From contig JAGGUN010000035.1 of NCBI GenBank assembly GCA_021158465.1, positions 5,669 through 69,668 on the forward strand: a DNA stretch of 64,000 bases, read 5' to 3'. This DNA is from a bacterium. GTDB lineage: Bacteria > UBP14 > UBA6098 > 4484-93. Below are positions 19,570-29,242 of the stretch, in pieces. The notes under the pieces were generated by a model. It had not been told where the DNA came from and did no database searches. It worked only from the letters and a program-made list of their open reading frames with translations. The position numbers and the translations under genes are program-made. How positions within the stretch are numbered: the stretch's first letter is position 1; each line of letters opens with the position of its first letter.

Positions 19570-21267
19570 CTATGAGATTGTAGTGGCTATTACCTGTTCA
19601 GCGGTTACTATGCCCTTCTTTAACTTCTCTATTGCCTCTGCTCGAAGGGTTGCCATCCCTTCCTTGCAGGCTTGCTCCTGGAGCTCCAAGGCAGATGCTC
19701 CCTCTATTATCATATGCTCGAGGGTTCTTGTTATGGGCATTACCTCAAATACTCCGGTTCGCCCTTTATACCCTGTCCCTCCGCAGGTGTCGCAACCTCT
19801 TCCTTTATAGAATTTGATATCCTTTGCCTCTTCGTCTGTTAGTCCGAGGAGTTCGAGCTCCTCTGGGGAGATTTCTGTTTCCTCTTTGCAGTTGGGGCAG
19901 ATTGTCTTAAGGAGTCTCTGTGCTATAACGAGCTTGACGGATGATGCGACAAGGAACGGCTGGACCCCCATATCGACAAGTCTGATTATGGTTGATGGAG
20001 CATCATTTGTATGCAAGGTAGAGAAGACCAGGTGTCCTGTCAGTGCTGCCTTGATAGCGGTGTCTGCTGTCTCAAAGTCTCTTATCTCTCCGACCATTAT
20101 GATGTCCGGGTCTTGGCGCAGGAATGAGCGAAGCGCTGCAGCGAATGTGAGCCCTATCTCAGGATGCACCTGCACTTGGTTTATTCCTTCGATGTTGAAC
20201 TCGACAGGGTCCTCGGCGGTCATTATATTAACCATCGGGTTGTTAAGTGTAGATAAGGCTGAGTATAAGGTTGTGGTTTTACCTGATCCTGTGGGTCCTG
20301 TTACCAGTATCATTCCGTAAGGTAGGTGTATTGCCTGTCGGAACAGTTTGAGAGACCTCTCGGGGAATCCAAGTTTTGTCATATCGAGCATCAGCGTTTG
20401 TGGGTCTAGTATTCTCATAACGACCTTTTCCCCGAACATGCATGGTAGGACCGAGACACGGAGGTCGACTGGTCTACCACCTGCATTTATCTTGATTCTA
20501 CCGTCCTGTGGTCGGCGCCTCTCCGATATATCGAGCCTCGACATAATCTTGATACGGGATACCACGGCGTGGCGGAGCTTGCTCGGTATAGGGGTCATCT
20601 CGTGAAGGACACCATCCACGCGGTACCGGACCCGAACGGACTTCTCATAAGGCTCGATGTGTATATCGGATGCCTTCTGGCGTATCGCCTCTAATATTAT
20701 CCCGTCTACAAGGCGGACGAGCGGTTTCTCCTGAACAGCCTTTTCTATCTCCTGTTCTGTGAAATCTTCTGTTTCTTCCAGGACCTCTATCTCCTCGTAG
20801 TCTGCATTCATCTCTGAGATGATCTCATCGAGGGAGTGTTCCTCCTCGTAGTATTTATTTATCGCCTCCTGGATAGCGTTTTTCGATGAGACGAGCGGCT
20901 GGACATCAAGACCGGTAACAAACTTCAGCGTGTCGAGGACATAAACATTTGTCGGGTCACTGGTTGCAATGAAAAGGATCTTCCCTATCCTTAAGGTGGG
21001 TACCACGCCGAACTTCTTTGCTATTTCTGCAGGTATAAGAGAGATTATCTCCGAGTCCAGTTCCATATCCGAAAGCTTGACGGTGCCGATATTTAACTGC
21101 TTTGCCAGGAACTCCGAGATTACATTCTCGTCCTTGATAAATCCCAGCTCCAATAGTACCTGACCAAGTTTTTGCCCTGTCTCTTTCTGGCGTTCGAGGG
21201 CGATCTTCAACTCCTCCTCCGTTATCTTCCCCGCTTTCACGAGCATCTCGCCGATCTTTAGTGCCAT
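19570..21267 (-). CDS. pilB: type IV pilus extension ATPase PilB (GspE family) with an MshEN-type N-terminal domain
   Basis: 565 aa. GspE ATPase core (TGPTGSGKTT) and a C-terminal tetracysteine CPNC...CDTCGGTG. N-terminal tandem motifs KIGEMLVKAGKITEEELKIALERQ and KLGQVLLELGFIKDENVISEFLAKQ. Confidence 0.9.
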   Translation of the reverse strand: MALKIGEMLVKAGKITEEELKIALERQKETGQKLGQVLLELGFIKDENVISEFLAKQLNIGTVKLSDMELDSEIISLIPAEIAKKFGVVPTLRIGKILFIATSDPTNVYVLDTLKFVTGLDVQPLVSSKNAIQEAINKYYEEEHSLDEIISEMNADYEEIEVLEETEDFTEQEIEKAVQEKPLVRLVDGIILEAIRQKASDIHIEPYEKSVRVRYRVDGVLHEMTPIPSKLRHAVVSRIKIMSRLDISERRRPQDGRIKINAGGRPVDLRVSVLPCMFGEKVVMRILDPQTLMLDMTKLGFPERSLKLFRQAIHLPYGMILVTGPTGSGKTTTLYSALSTLNNPMVNIMTAEDPVEFNIEGINQVQVHPEIGLTFAAALRSFLRQDPDIIMVGEIRDFETADTAIKAALTGHLVFSTLHTNDAPSTIIRLVDMGVQPFLVASSVKLVIAQRLLKTICPNCKEETEISPEELELLGLTDEEAKDIKFYKGRGCDTCGGTGYKGRTGVFEVMPITRTLEHMIIEGASALELQEQACKEGMATLRAEAIEKLKKGIVTAEQVIATTIS

Positions 21268-21349
21268 CGTACCCCCTTGACAAGGAATACACTCATACCT
21301 GCTTCACTATCTATATAAATATACAACATTCTCTTTCAAAATTCAAATA
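21268..21349 (-). promoter_or_regulatory. putative promoter region upstream of pilB
   Basis: 82-nt AT-rich gap. The minus strand carries TTGAAT/TTGAAA and TATATT-like hexamers, but they cannot be resolved uniquely. Confidence 0.2.
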
Positions 21350-22987
21350 TTACCTACCGGTTATAGCGAATTCCACTTTGTGTGTTTTATCGGCAAATTT
21401 CAAGACTGCTGTATATACTCCTTTTGCCAGATTTCTACCGTCGAAGCTCATAGCAGAAGTTTTCTCTCTGTGGAACCCTGTATAGATGAGCTTCTCCTCG
21501 GCAGCCACGAGCTCGCCAGATGCTGTGAACACGGCGAGGCAGAGCTTTCCATCGTTTGGCACATAGTATGGGAAATAGACTACACCGTCCGTTGATGGGT
21601 TCGGGTAAGGTGCCCAGAAGACAGGTTTGTCTTTTGGAAGAGCGGTTTCTCCGCTGTATTCCCAATGGAATTCGTAGTTATAGACGCCCGAGGTATTGCG
21701 TGAAACGAACGGGATTACGATAAGCTTTTCATATTTATATAGAGAATCTATGAAGACCGTTTGGGGGAAAGAGCTTATTGTTTGGTAGAGGTTTTTGGCG
21801 TCCGTTCCCGGATTGGCGAGAAGGACGATGTTCATTCCCATACCTGGGGAGCAGTCTGTCTCAAGTGAGAGGTTCTTCCTATCTCGTCTCTGGTAGAACC
21901 AGAGGTATCTGGATGAGAGCTTGTATAGTCCTGATGAGGGAGAGAACAGTCCTGAGTCCTGGAATTCGTAATCGTTTATATCGTCTGTCGCTATCTCTGG
22001 ATATAGTTCTGCTTCTCTATAAAACTTCCCGTAGGCGCAGTTTTCTCCTGTGAACAGGTTCCAGAGGGTAAAGTTTGCAAATACCTGATCGAAACCGAAT
22101 CCTCTGTCGTTGCAGGCAGATTCGATTGCCTCGATGGAAGATACAAACGGTTCTGAGCAGTTCTCCCATACATTCCGAATGATGTTTATATCATCTGTGA
22201 ACTCCCATAAGAAGCGAGGGAATATCACCGAGCCGTACAACAGGGCGCTTGATGTCAGGACTTCACCTGGATTATCGAAGAATATCGGGAGATAGAGGAT
22301 ATAATCGTTGACAGCGTCGAATATATAGTCCTCCATAAGGACTGCCGTTGCCTCCATCCACCAGATGTCCTCCATAGCATCGTAGGTGAACTGCACAAGA
22401 TGGAACAGTTCGTGAGCACAGGTAACTGCCAGTGCATCGGTCTCATGGTCGGCGTACTCTGGGATATTTGCGTAGTCGTTGTCAATCACCGAGTATCCGG
22501 AGCGAAGCTGGATCTGCCCGACGGGATGTCTTTCATCGACCGTCCAGCCATAAGCGGTATTGTCGATATCGAGGATATAGAAGTCTATTCGATCGTCGCC
22601 GCCGACATCGGATGCATCAGGGAAGGTTGACGAATCAGGTAGTGGCCGGTTATAGCCAAGTGAACCAACATACATGGACAGTGAATACTCTAAGAGGTTT
22701 CCCGCTGTTTCGACCCAGTCAGGGACGCCGTTTGAGTTGGTGTCTGCTGTGGAGACAGCGGAATTACCCTCCGTCGTGTACCAGATCCTAAAGTTTGGGG
22801 TATCGTAGAAATACGGCAGTTCTGGTCTCTCCCTTTGCACATATTTCCCATCGCGAGTTGCCTGGAGGATGTAAGGCGTCAGGGATTTGACCGGGAGTTT
22901 CGTGCCTGCAGGGATGAGCTGGTCGATTGTTTCTCCTATCAGGGAACAGGCAGGAAGTAGAAGAAGGATAATCAATCTCTTTAGCAT
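21350..22987 (-). CDS. secreted HExxH zinc-metalloprotease-like protein with a T9SS-like C-terminal domain
   Basis: 545 aa. Signal peptide MLKRLIILLLLPACSL. Motif TCAHELFHLVQF...E. C-terminus PYPNPSTDGVVYF...GVYTAVLKF resembles a cargo CTD. Confidence 0.6.
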   Translation of the reverse strand: MLKRLIILLLLPACSLIGETIDQLIPAGTKLPVKSLTPYILQATRDGKYVQRERPELPYFYDTPNFRIWYTTEGNSAVSTADTNSNGVPDWVETAGNLLEYSLSMYVGSLGYNRPLPDSSTFPDASDVGGDDRIDFYILDIDNTAYGWTVDERHPVGQIQLRSGYSVIDNDYANIPEYADHETDALAVTCAHELFHLVQFTYDAMEDIWWMEATAVLMEDYIFDAVNDYILYLPIFFDNPGEVLTSSALLYGSVIFPRFLWEFTDDINIIRNVWENCSEPFVSSIEAIESACNDRGFGFDQVFANFTLWNLFTGENCAYGKFYREAELYPEIATDDINDYEFQDSGLFSPSSGLYKLSSRYLWFYQRRDRKNLSLETDCSPGMGMNIVLLANPGTDAKNLYQTISSFPQTVFIDSLYKYEKLIVIPFVSRNTSGVYNYEFHWEYSGETALPKDKPVFWAPYPNPSTDGVVYFPYYVPNDGKLCLAVFTASGELVAAEEKLIYTGFHREKTSAMSFDGRNLAKGVYTAVLKFADKTHKVEFAITGR

Positions 22988-24864
22988 ATCTTGGTTCCTG
23001 CGGGAATATCTTTGTCCACCGTAAGAAGGGAAAAATTGTCGTCTTTATCGCTTGCTGCTAATAGCATCCCTTCTGAGAGGATACCTCGAATCCTTGCTGG
23101 CTTGAGGTTACAGACAACAACGATCTTTTTCCCGACCATCTCATTGGGAGTTCGATAGGTAGCGATCCCGGCGACTATTGTTCGTGTCTCGTTGCCCACA
23201 TCTATTGTGAGGCGGAGGAGCTTGTCGGTGCCGGGAACCCTCTCAGCGCTTTTCACCTCTGCAACCCTCATATCGATCTTTTTGAAAAGTTCGATGTCAA
23301 TGATTTCTTCTTCCATTTCCTTCTCCTTTGGGAAAAGGTTATTAATATCCACCCTTGGGAAGAGGATAAACGGTTTTTCGACTGATACCCTTTCTGGCAG
23401 GGACTCCATATCTTTCAGACTGTCCATCGTTACCTCAGTTTTTGCTCCTATTGCCTTGAGTATGCGCGTGCTCGAGCTGGGTATCACAGGGTACATTAGC
23501 TTTGCTATCTTCTCGATTGTTATGGCAATTGCCCAGAATATCTGTTTGAGCGTCTGTATGTCGCCGTTTTTTGCGAGCCTCCATGGGGTGGTCACTTCGA
23601 TGAACTGGTTCGCCGATGTGGCGAGTTCTATAACATCCGCTATGGCGAGATGGGGCTTGTTTTTTTCCATCTTTTCAAATACTGACTCGATTGTCGATGT
23701 CGCCTTATCGATAAGTGCTTTTGCGTTGGGGTGTGTTATTTCGACCTTCTCGAGTTCTCCGCCAAGGAATGAGTGTATCATATTCAGTACCCTGGAGAGG
23801 AGGTTTCCTATGTTGTTTGCGAGCTCGGAGTTCACGCAGGATACAACAGCTTCGAAGGAGAAATCTGCGTCCCGACCGACTGCCATCTTTCTTAAGAGAA
23901 AGTAGCGCAACGGGTCTTTGCCGAGTCTCTCCACGAGAAACTCCGGGTTCACAGCATTGCCAAGGGATTTCCCCATCTTGCTCTTATCAACGAGCCACCA
24001 GCCGTGTGCAAGTATGTGTCTGGGTAGTTCTATTCCCAGAGCGATGAGTAGTGTTGTCCAGTAGATGGAGTGTGTAGTCAGGATGTCTTTGCCGATTAGA
24101 TGATAATCGGCAGGCCACAATTTGGTGAACATTTCCTCGTCTGTAGAGAAACCGACAGCAGATATGTAATTTATCAGTGCATCCACCCAGACATAGACGA
24201 CATACTCTGGGTCGAACGGTAGTTCAATTCCCCAGGAGAGCCTTTTCTTCGGGCGGGAGATACAAAGGTCCCCGAGCGGCTTCTTCAGAAACCCGAGTAC
24301 TTCGTTTTTTCTATATGGTGGCAGAATGAAATCAGGGTGGGATTTGATATGGTCGATCAGCTGGTGCTGGTATTTGCTCATTCTGAAGAAATAGTTTGTC
24401 TCTTTTATCTTCACGACATCCCTTCCACACAGGGGGCATCTACCGTTGACAAGGTCCTTTTCCAGCCAGAAGCGTTCGTCGGGGACACAATACCACCCCT
24501 CGTATTCGCTTTTGTAAATATCCCCGTTATCGTAGAGTCTCTCCAGGGCGTTTTTTACTACCCTTGTGTGTCGTTCTTCTGTTGTCCTAATGAAATCGTC
24601 ATAGCTTATGTCGAGCTTCTTCCAGAGTGATTTGAACCGTTCAACAATTCTATTGCAGTGGACGATCGGCTCGACCCCCAAGCTCGCTGCAATATCTGCT
24701 ATCTTTTGCCCGTGCTCGTCTGTCCCCGTGAGGAAATGAGTGCTAAGACCGCGGATTCTGGCAAAACGGGCAATGCAATCGGCGAGGATGGTTGTATAAG
24801 CGTGCCCGATGTGCGGCTCAGCGTTCACATAGTATAGTGGTGTGGTAATGTAGAACTTACCCAT
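22981..24864 (-). CDS. metG: methionine--tRNA ligase
   Basis: 627 aa. HIGH motif PHIGHAY and KMSKS motif. C-terminal EMAP/Trbp111-like tRNA-binding domain. Confidence 0.95.
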   Translation of the reverse strand: MGKFYITTPLYYVNAEPHIGHAYTTILADCIARFARIRGLSTHFLTGTDEHGQKIADIAASLGVEPIVHCNRIVERFKSLWKKLDISYDDFIRTTEERHTRVVKNALERLYDNGDIYKSEYEGWYCVPDERFWLEKDLVNGRCPLCGRDVVKIKETNYFFRMSKYQHQLIDHIKSHPDFILPPYRKNEVLGFLKKPLGDLCISRPKKRLSWGIELPFDPEYVVYVWVDALINYISAVGFSTDEEMFTKLWPADYHLIGKDILTTHSIYWTTLLIALGIELPRHILAHGWWLVDKSKMGKSLGNAVNPEFLVERLGKDPLRYFLLRKMAVGRDADFSFEAVVSCVNSELANNIGNLLSRVLNMIHSFLGGELEKVEITHPNAKALIDKATSTIESVFEKMEKNKPHLAIADVIELATSANQFIEVTTPWRLAKNGDIQTLKQIFWAIAITIEKIAKLMYPVIPSSSTRILKAIGAKTEVTMDSLKDMESLPERVSVEKPFILFPRVDINNLFPKEKEMEEEIIDIELFKKIDMRVAEVKSAERVPGTDKLLRLTIDVGNETRTIVAGIATYRTPNEMVGKKIVVVCNLKPARIRGILSEGMLLAASDKDDNFSLLTVDKDIPAGTKIC

Positions 24865-24868
24865 CGAG

Positions 24869-25561
24869 TTATCCCTTCAGCTCAAAGGTCTCACCGGGGT
24901 TGAGTATAACCCCTTCAACCCCCTTCGGCAGATTCTCGACGAACTTCCTCGGGTCAGCCTTTATCAGGTCGAATGTATTGTAGTGCATAGGGATGGCGTA
25001 TTTTGGCTGGATGAGCTCTGCTGCCGTTGCTGCATCTATTTCATCCATTGTGAAGTTTCCGCCGATGGGTAGGAGCGCGACATCTACAGGGTGACGCCTG
25101 CCTACCAGCTTCATATCGGAGAATAGCCCTGTATCGCCGGCGTGATAGATATATTTCCCATCAATACCGATGAGAACACTTGTCGGCAGTCCGAGTGATA
25201 GAACCTGCTTGTTCTTGATAACTGCCGAGCCATGGAAGGCGGGGAAGAGTTTCACGAATAATCCGTCCGGGAAACTTACGCTTCCGCCTATATGCATCGG
25301 ATGGTTCTTCACTCCGTTAAATCCGAAGAAGTTGGCTAACTCATTGTTGGCGACGATCGTTGCGGAGCATCTTCTCGCTATACTCTCCGCATCGCCTGTA
25401 TGGTCGCTGTGGGCATGGGTTACTATTACATAATCGACAGAGAGCTCTTTGGCTGATAAGGGAGCCAGTGGGTTTCCTGTCAAAAACGGGTCGATGACTA
25501 TCTTGACCTTTTCACCCTCGATGAACCAGGCAGCATGCCCAAGAAACCTTAGTCTTACCAT
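24869..25561 (-). CDS. UPF0173-family metal-dependent hydrolase (MBL fold)
   Basis: 230 aa. MVRLRFLGHAAWF and THAHSDHTGD motifs. Confidence 0.8.
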   Translation of the reverse strand: MVRLRFLGHAAWFIEGEKVKIVIDPFLTGNPLAPLSAKELSVDYVIVTHAHSDHTGDAESIARRCSATIVANNELANFFGFNGVKNHPMHIGGSVSFPDGLFVKLFPAFHGSAVIKNKQVLSLGLPTSVLIGIDGKYIYHAGDTGLFSDMKLVGRRHPVDVALLPIGGNFTMDEIDAATAAELIQPKYAIPMHYNTFDLIKADPRKFVENLPKGVEGVILNPGETFELKG

Positions 25562-25570
25562 ATCTGCCTC

Positions 25571-27889
25571 CTATTTTAGGTAGATTACCTTCCCTGAAGC
25601 CTCACCTTCTCCAGAGAGACGGTAGAAATATACTCCAGATGCCAAATTTTCTTTCGGTTGCCAGGTAATATAGGTTTTGCCTGCTGGGATTATCCCGGAG
25701 AGCAGCTCTACCACGGGTTGACCGAGCATATTGTAGATGATGAGCCTTCCGTTGGTCGCCTTATCTGTCTCGATGGACAGGATAAGCTGCGAGTTGAACG
25801 GGTTCGGGAACGCAGATATAGAAAGTTCCTCTGGTATAATCCTCTTTTCATCGACACCCGGATGAACATCGAGGAAGTCCATTATCGAGCGGATGTAGCT
25901 TTCGCGTATCTGTGGATTTGTCGCCGAATGCATACCCCCTGTGTAGCAGGCGGAGAAGACGAGTTTTGCCCCATCGTGCTCGTAGGCAGATGCTCTACCC
26001 CTCGAGGAGATAGGCGATGGCTCCTCCTGACTTTGGAGTATTATCTCTGCTCCATCGCTTCTTATTTCGTCTATATACTGGTCTGCTGGTAGCATGAACT
26101 CATACTCTATTACAATATCCTCACCGAAGAACGAGCTTTCCCCATATAGCTCAAGGACGTTACCTTCCAACATGCTTCTGCCGTTGGCAGACCAGCTTAT
26201 CCCGAAGCGGGAGAAAAGGTTCCTTCGGATTGGTGTGCCGCCTCCGTAGGCGTAGTAGTCGTATCCGAAGTCTGCTCCTTCCCAGTATATCTTTCCACCG
26301 CTATCAATATAGTCTATGAGCAGCTGGATGTCCTCATCGGGGATAACGGAACTTTCTCCACCCTGTGTTCCTGTGACAACAATCACAGCGTCGTAGACAG
26401 ACAGATCGTATCCATAGGCGGTTAGAGATGCGTTTTGTGGTGTTATCTCGTATGAGTAGTCGAGGCTGGACAGAGCAAGGGCAATTGCTCGTTCTGCTCC
26501 TGTTCTACCGCTGTCGCAGGGGGTGTCACCATCATCGAAGTCGTATATTAGAACCTGGGCAGGGGTTGCTCGCTCGAGTGTGAAGTTTATCACCGTGTCA
26601 GTATATACCGTTATTGTTCTGGAGATAGGGATATAGAAGGTTTTTTCGGCTCTGATCTCATGTGAGCCCATTCCCACGCCGGAGATCGAGTAGAAGCCGT
26701 CCTCACCTGTTGTATCGGAGAGGGAAGAGTCGATTGAGACCACTACATTGCTTCTGTCGAGTGAGCCGTCCGAGAAGGTCACCACACCGGAGACGGTGTA
26801 TGAGCCGATTACACTCCTGCTAAGGTAAAAATTGACTGTGGTATCGTGGAGTGTTACCACTGTTGTTTCCGCCGGTATATAACCTGCTCTGAATGCGAAA
26901 AGCGACTGCTCGGGTGAAAACATAGCGACTGGCAGCTTGTAGAATCCATCGATGTCGGTAGTATCCGCAGTGAGGGCTGTAATATTCATAACCATACTGC
27001 CCTCAAGGGTTGTCTCGGGTGGAGCATCAATGAGATACACATAACCGGATATGGTGGGTGTTCCGGTCGTCTCTCCCTCTGCAACATAAAAGTGTATCGA
27101 ATCGGTGAAGCAGTTTGGGGGATAAGACAGGTCGCAGGCAGACACCACCACGCGGACGGGTCTATCGGTTGGATAAGGAAGAAGAGAGAAGGGAGTATAT
27201 GTTAGCCGGTAGCCGTGAGGAATAGGGACCTTCATTGTGAAGAAGGAAACATCGAGCGTATCTACCACAAGACTGATCGATGCAGAATCGACCCCCGTAG
27301 AATCATCGACTATGTCGATCGTTATGGTAGCTGTGTCGGAATCGACCGTATCGCCGTCCTCTGGGTCCCAGTAGGAGACATAAGGAGGAAAACTGTCCGA
27401 TGGCATCTCCACCTCGTGGATAAATTTTATCTGCGCCTCCTCGCTCAGCGAGAACTCTACAGAGGATACTGTGGATGTGGAAGCCCAACTGTCAGGCTCT
27501 TCGCCCATTGAACAGACACCGATATAAGCCTCACCGAACGGAGGAAATGCTCCCCAGCTCATTGTTACCGTTGCTGTTGTGGCATTGGCTACCCTTATCT
27601 TCCATACTTGAACGGTATCCAGAGCCGAGCGGATATCTGTCGAAAGCTCGGAAAGTAGACCTGTTGTGTCAAATTCATTGTAGGAATAGGCGTAGAATAT
27701 AGGCATAGGAAGTGCAGGCATATCGAAAGATAGGTCGAACCCGTTTGTGGCAGAGGGGTCGATGCCTATTGTCACATCGCTTGATGAGGCTCCACTGTAG
27801 AGATGAAGAACATTGGTAAAGCTCTGCCCAAATAGAGGAGTTACAAGAAAAGAGACGAAAAGCAGGATTATGATGGCTGTATACCTCAT
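25571..27889 (-). CDS. T9SS cargo protein (772 aa) with carboxypeptidase-regulatory-like domains and one copy of the giant-protein repeat
   Basis: Signal peptide, DIDGFYKL / GEDGFYSISGV CarbopepD_reg-like segments. The segment VRVVVSACDLSYPPNCFTDSIHFYV resembles the DSCW repeat of the giant protein. C-terminus FPNPFNSQ...GVYFYRL is a T9SS CTD. Confidence 0.75.
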   Translation of the reverse strand: MRYTAIIILLFVSFLVTPLFGQSFTNVLHLYSGASSSDVTIGIDPSATNGFDLSFDMPALPMPIFYAYSYNEFDTTGLLSELSTDIRSALDTVQVWKIRVANATTATVTMSWGAFPPFGEAYIGVCSMGEEPDSWASTSTVSSVEFSLSEEAQIKFIHEVEMPSDSFPPYVSYWDPEDGDTVDSDTATITIDIVDDSTGVDSASISLVVDTLDVSFFTMKVPIPHGYRLTYTPFSLLPYPTDRPVRVVVSACDLSYPPNCFTDSIHFYVAEGETTGTPTISGYVYLIDAPPETTLEGSMVMNITALTADTTDIDGFYKLPVAMFSPEQSLFAFRAGYIPAETTVVTLHDTTVNFYLSRSVIGSYTVSGVVTFSDGSLDRSNVVVSIDSSLSDTTGEDGFYSISGVGMGSHEIRAEKTFYIPISRTITVYTDTVINFTLERATPAQVLIYDFDDGDTPCDSGRTGAERAIALALSSLDYSYEITPQNASLTAYGYDLSVYDAVIVVTGTQGGESSVIPDEDIQLLIDYIDSGGKIYWEGADFGYDYYAYGGGTPIRRNLFSRFGISWSANGRSMLEGNVLELYGESSFFGEDIVIEYEFMLPADQYIDEIRSDGAEIILQSQEEPSPISSRGRASAYEHDGAKLVFSACYTGGMHSATNPQIRESYIRSIMDFLDVHPGVDEKRIIPEELSISAFPNPFNSQLILSIETDKATNGRLIIYNMLGQPVVELLSGIIPAGKTYITWQPKENLASGVYFYRLSGEGEASGKVIYLK

Positions 27890-27964
27890 GATTCTCCCCT
27901 TAAACTATTCGGTTTAAGCTATAATTATATTTATATACTGCGCAAAATCAAGCAAAATTAGGAA

Positions 27965-27997
27965 TTAAAAAAGGGGGAATCTTTTCCCCCTTCTCTT
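27965..27997 (-). terminator. Rho-independent (bidirectional) terminator downstream of kbl
   Basis: AAAAGGGGGAA-TCTT-TTCCCCCTT hairpin at 27969-27992, flanked by an A-run (a T-run on the minus strand) and a T-run. Confidence 0.5.
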
Positions 27998-28022
27998 TTT
28001 GTTCTTGATGGTTTTTTCTGTT

Positions 28023-29225
28023 TTACACGACGCCGTATTTCTTCCCAACCTTGATGAACGCATTGATTGCTCTATCGAGCATCTCTTTTGTGTGAGCTGC
28101 TGATATTTGGACACGGATTCTTGATTCTCCCCTTGGGACAACGGGGTAGTAGAAGCCGACGACATATATTCCCTCGTCGAGCAGGTCGGCGGCCATATCC
28201 TGTGACAATTTGGCGTCGTTGGGGAACTTGCCGAGCATAATCGGGACGATCGGATGCTCGCCTGGAATGATGTCGAAGCCAGCCTCACTCATCTTATTTC
28301 GGAAGTATTTTGTGTTTTCCATCAGGCGGTCTCGGAGTTGTGTTGTTTCCGAGAGCTTGTTGAAGACTGCTATTGCTGTTCCAACGACGACAGGGGGTAG
28401 GGTATTGCTAAAGAGGTATGGTCGTGAGCGTTGGCGATAGATGTCGATTAACTCCTGGTGTCCTGCGATGAACCCGCCGGATGCTCCGCCGAGTGCTTTA
28501 CCGAGTGTACTTGTTATAAGGTCGACCTTATCAAGACAACCTCTGTATTCTGGGGAACCTCTTCCTGTTTTTCCGAGGAAGCCTGTTGCATGGGAATCGT
28601 CGACCATGACAAGCGCATCATACTTTTCCCCGAGTTCGCACATCTTGTCAACCTTTGCGATATCTCCATCCATTGAGAAGACACCGTCCGACACGATAAT
28701 CCTGAACCGTGCTGATTGTGCCTCCTTCAGCTTCTCCTCGAGATCATCCATATCCATATGCTTATAGATAAACCTCTTTGCCTTTGTGAGCCTTATTCCA
28801 TCGATAATCGAGGCGTGGTTCAGTCGATCGGTGAGGATTGCGTCTTCGGGACCGAATATCGGCTCGAAAACACCGCCGTTGGCATCCATACAGGCTGCAA
28901 ACAGGATTGCATCATCCTTGCCAAGGAAATCTGCAATCTTTCGTTCGAGCTCCTTGTGTATCTCCTGTGTTCCGCAGATGAACCGCACGGAGCTCATTCC
29001 GTAGCCATATTTTTCCAGGACCTTTTTTGCCTCGTCGACCAGCCACTGTTGTCCGGCAAGTCCCAGGTAGTTGTTTGCACAGAAGTTTAGGACCTTTCTA
29101 CCGTCTTTGAGCTCGACTTCTGGCCCCTGGCGGGAGACGATAACCCTCTCCTCCTTCCATAACCCTGCTTCCTTGATTGAGTTGAGCTCTTGCCTCATGA
29201 AATCTCGCATCTTTCCAAACGCCAT
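28023..29225 (-). CDS. kbl: glycine C-acetyltransferase (2-amino-3-ketobutyrate CoA ligase)
   Basis: 400 aa. PLP-dependent alpha-oxoamine synthase family: ...NNYLGLAG..., SxSKALG. Confidence 0.9.
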   Translation of the reverse strand: MAFGKMRDFMRQELNSIKEAGLWKEERVIVSRQGPEVELKDGRKVLNFCANNYLGLAGQQWLVDEAKKVLEKYGYGMSSVRFICGTQEIHKELERKIADFLGKDDAILFAACMDANGGVFEPIFGPEDAILTDRLNHASIIDGIRLTKAKRFIYKHMDMDDLEEKLKEAQSARFRIIVSDGVFSMDGDIAKVDKMCELGEKYDALVMVDDSHATGFLGKTGRGSPEYRGCLDKVDLITSTLGKALGGASGGFIAGHQELIDIYRQRSRPYLFSNTLPPVVVGTAIAVFNKLSETTQLRDRLMENTKYFRNKMSEAGFDIIPGEHPIVPIMLGKFPNDAKLSQDMAADLLDEGIYVVGFYYPVVPRGESRIRVQISAAHTKEMLDRAINAFIKVGKKYGVV

Positions 29226-29242
29226 CTTGATACCCCCGTTTC

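Noticed and set aside
23192-23905. 237-aa ORF antisense to metG
   Set aside because: Shadow ORF. The metG frame has HIGH and KMSKS motifs.
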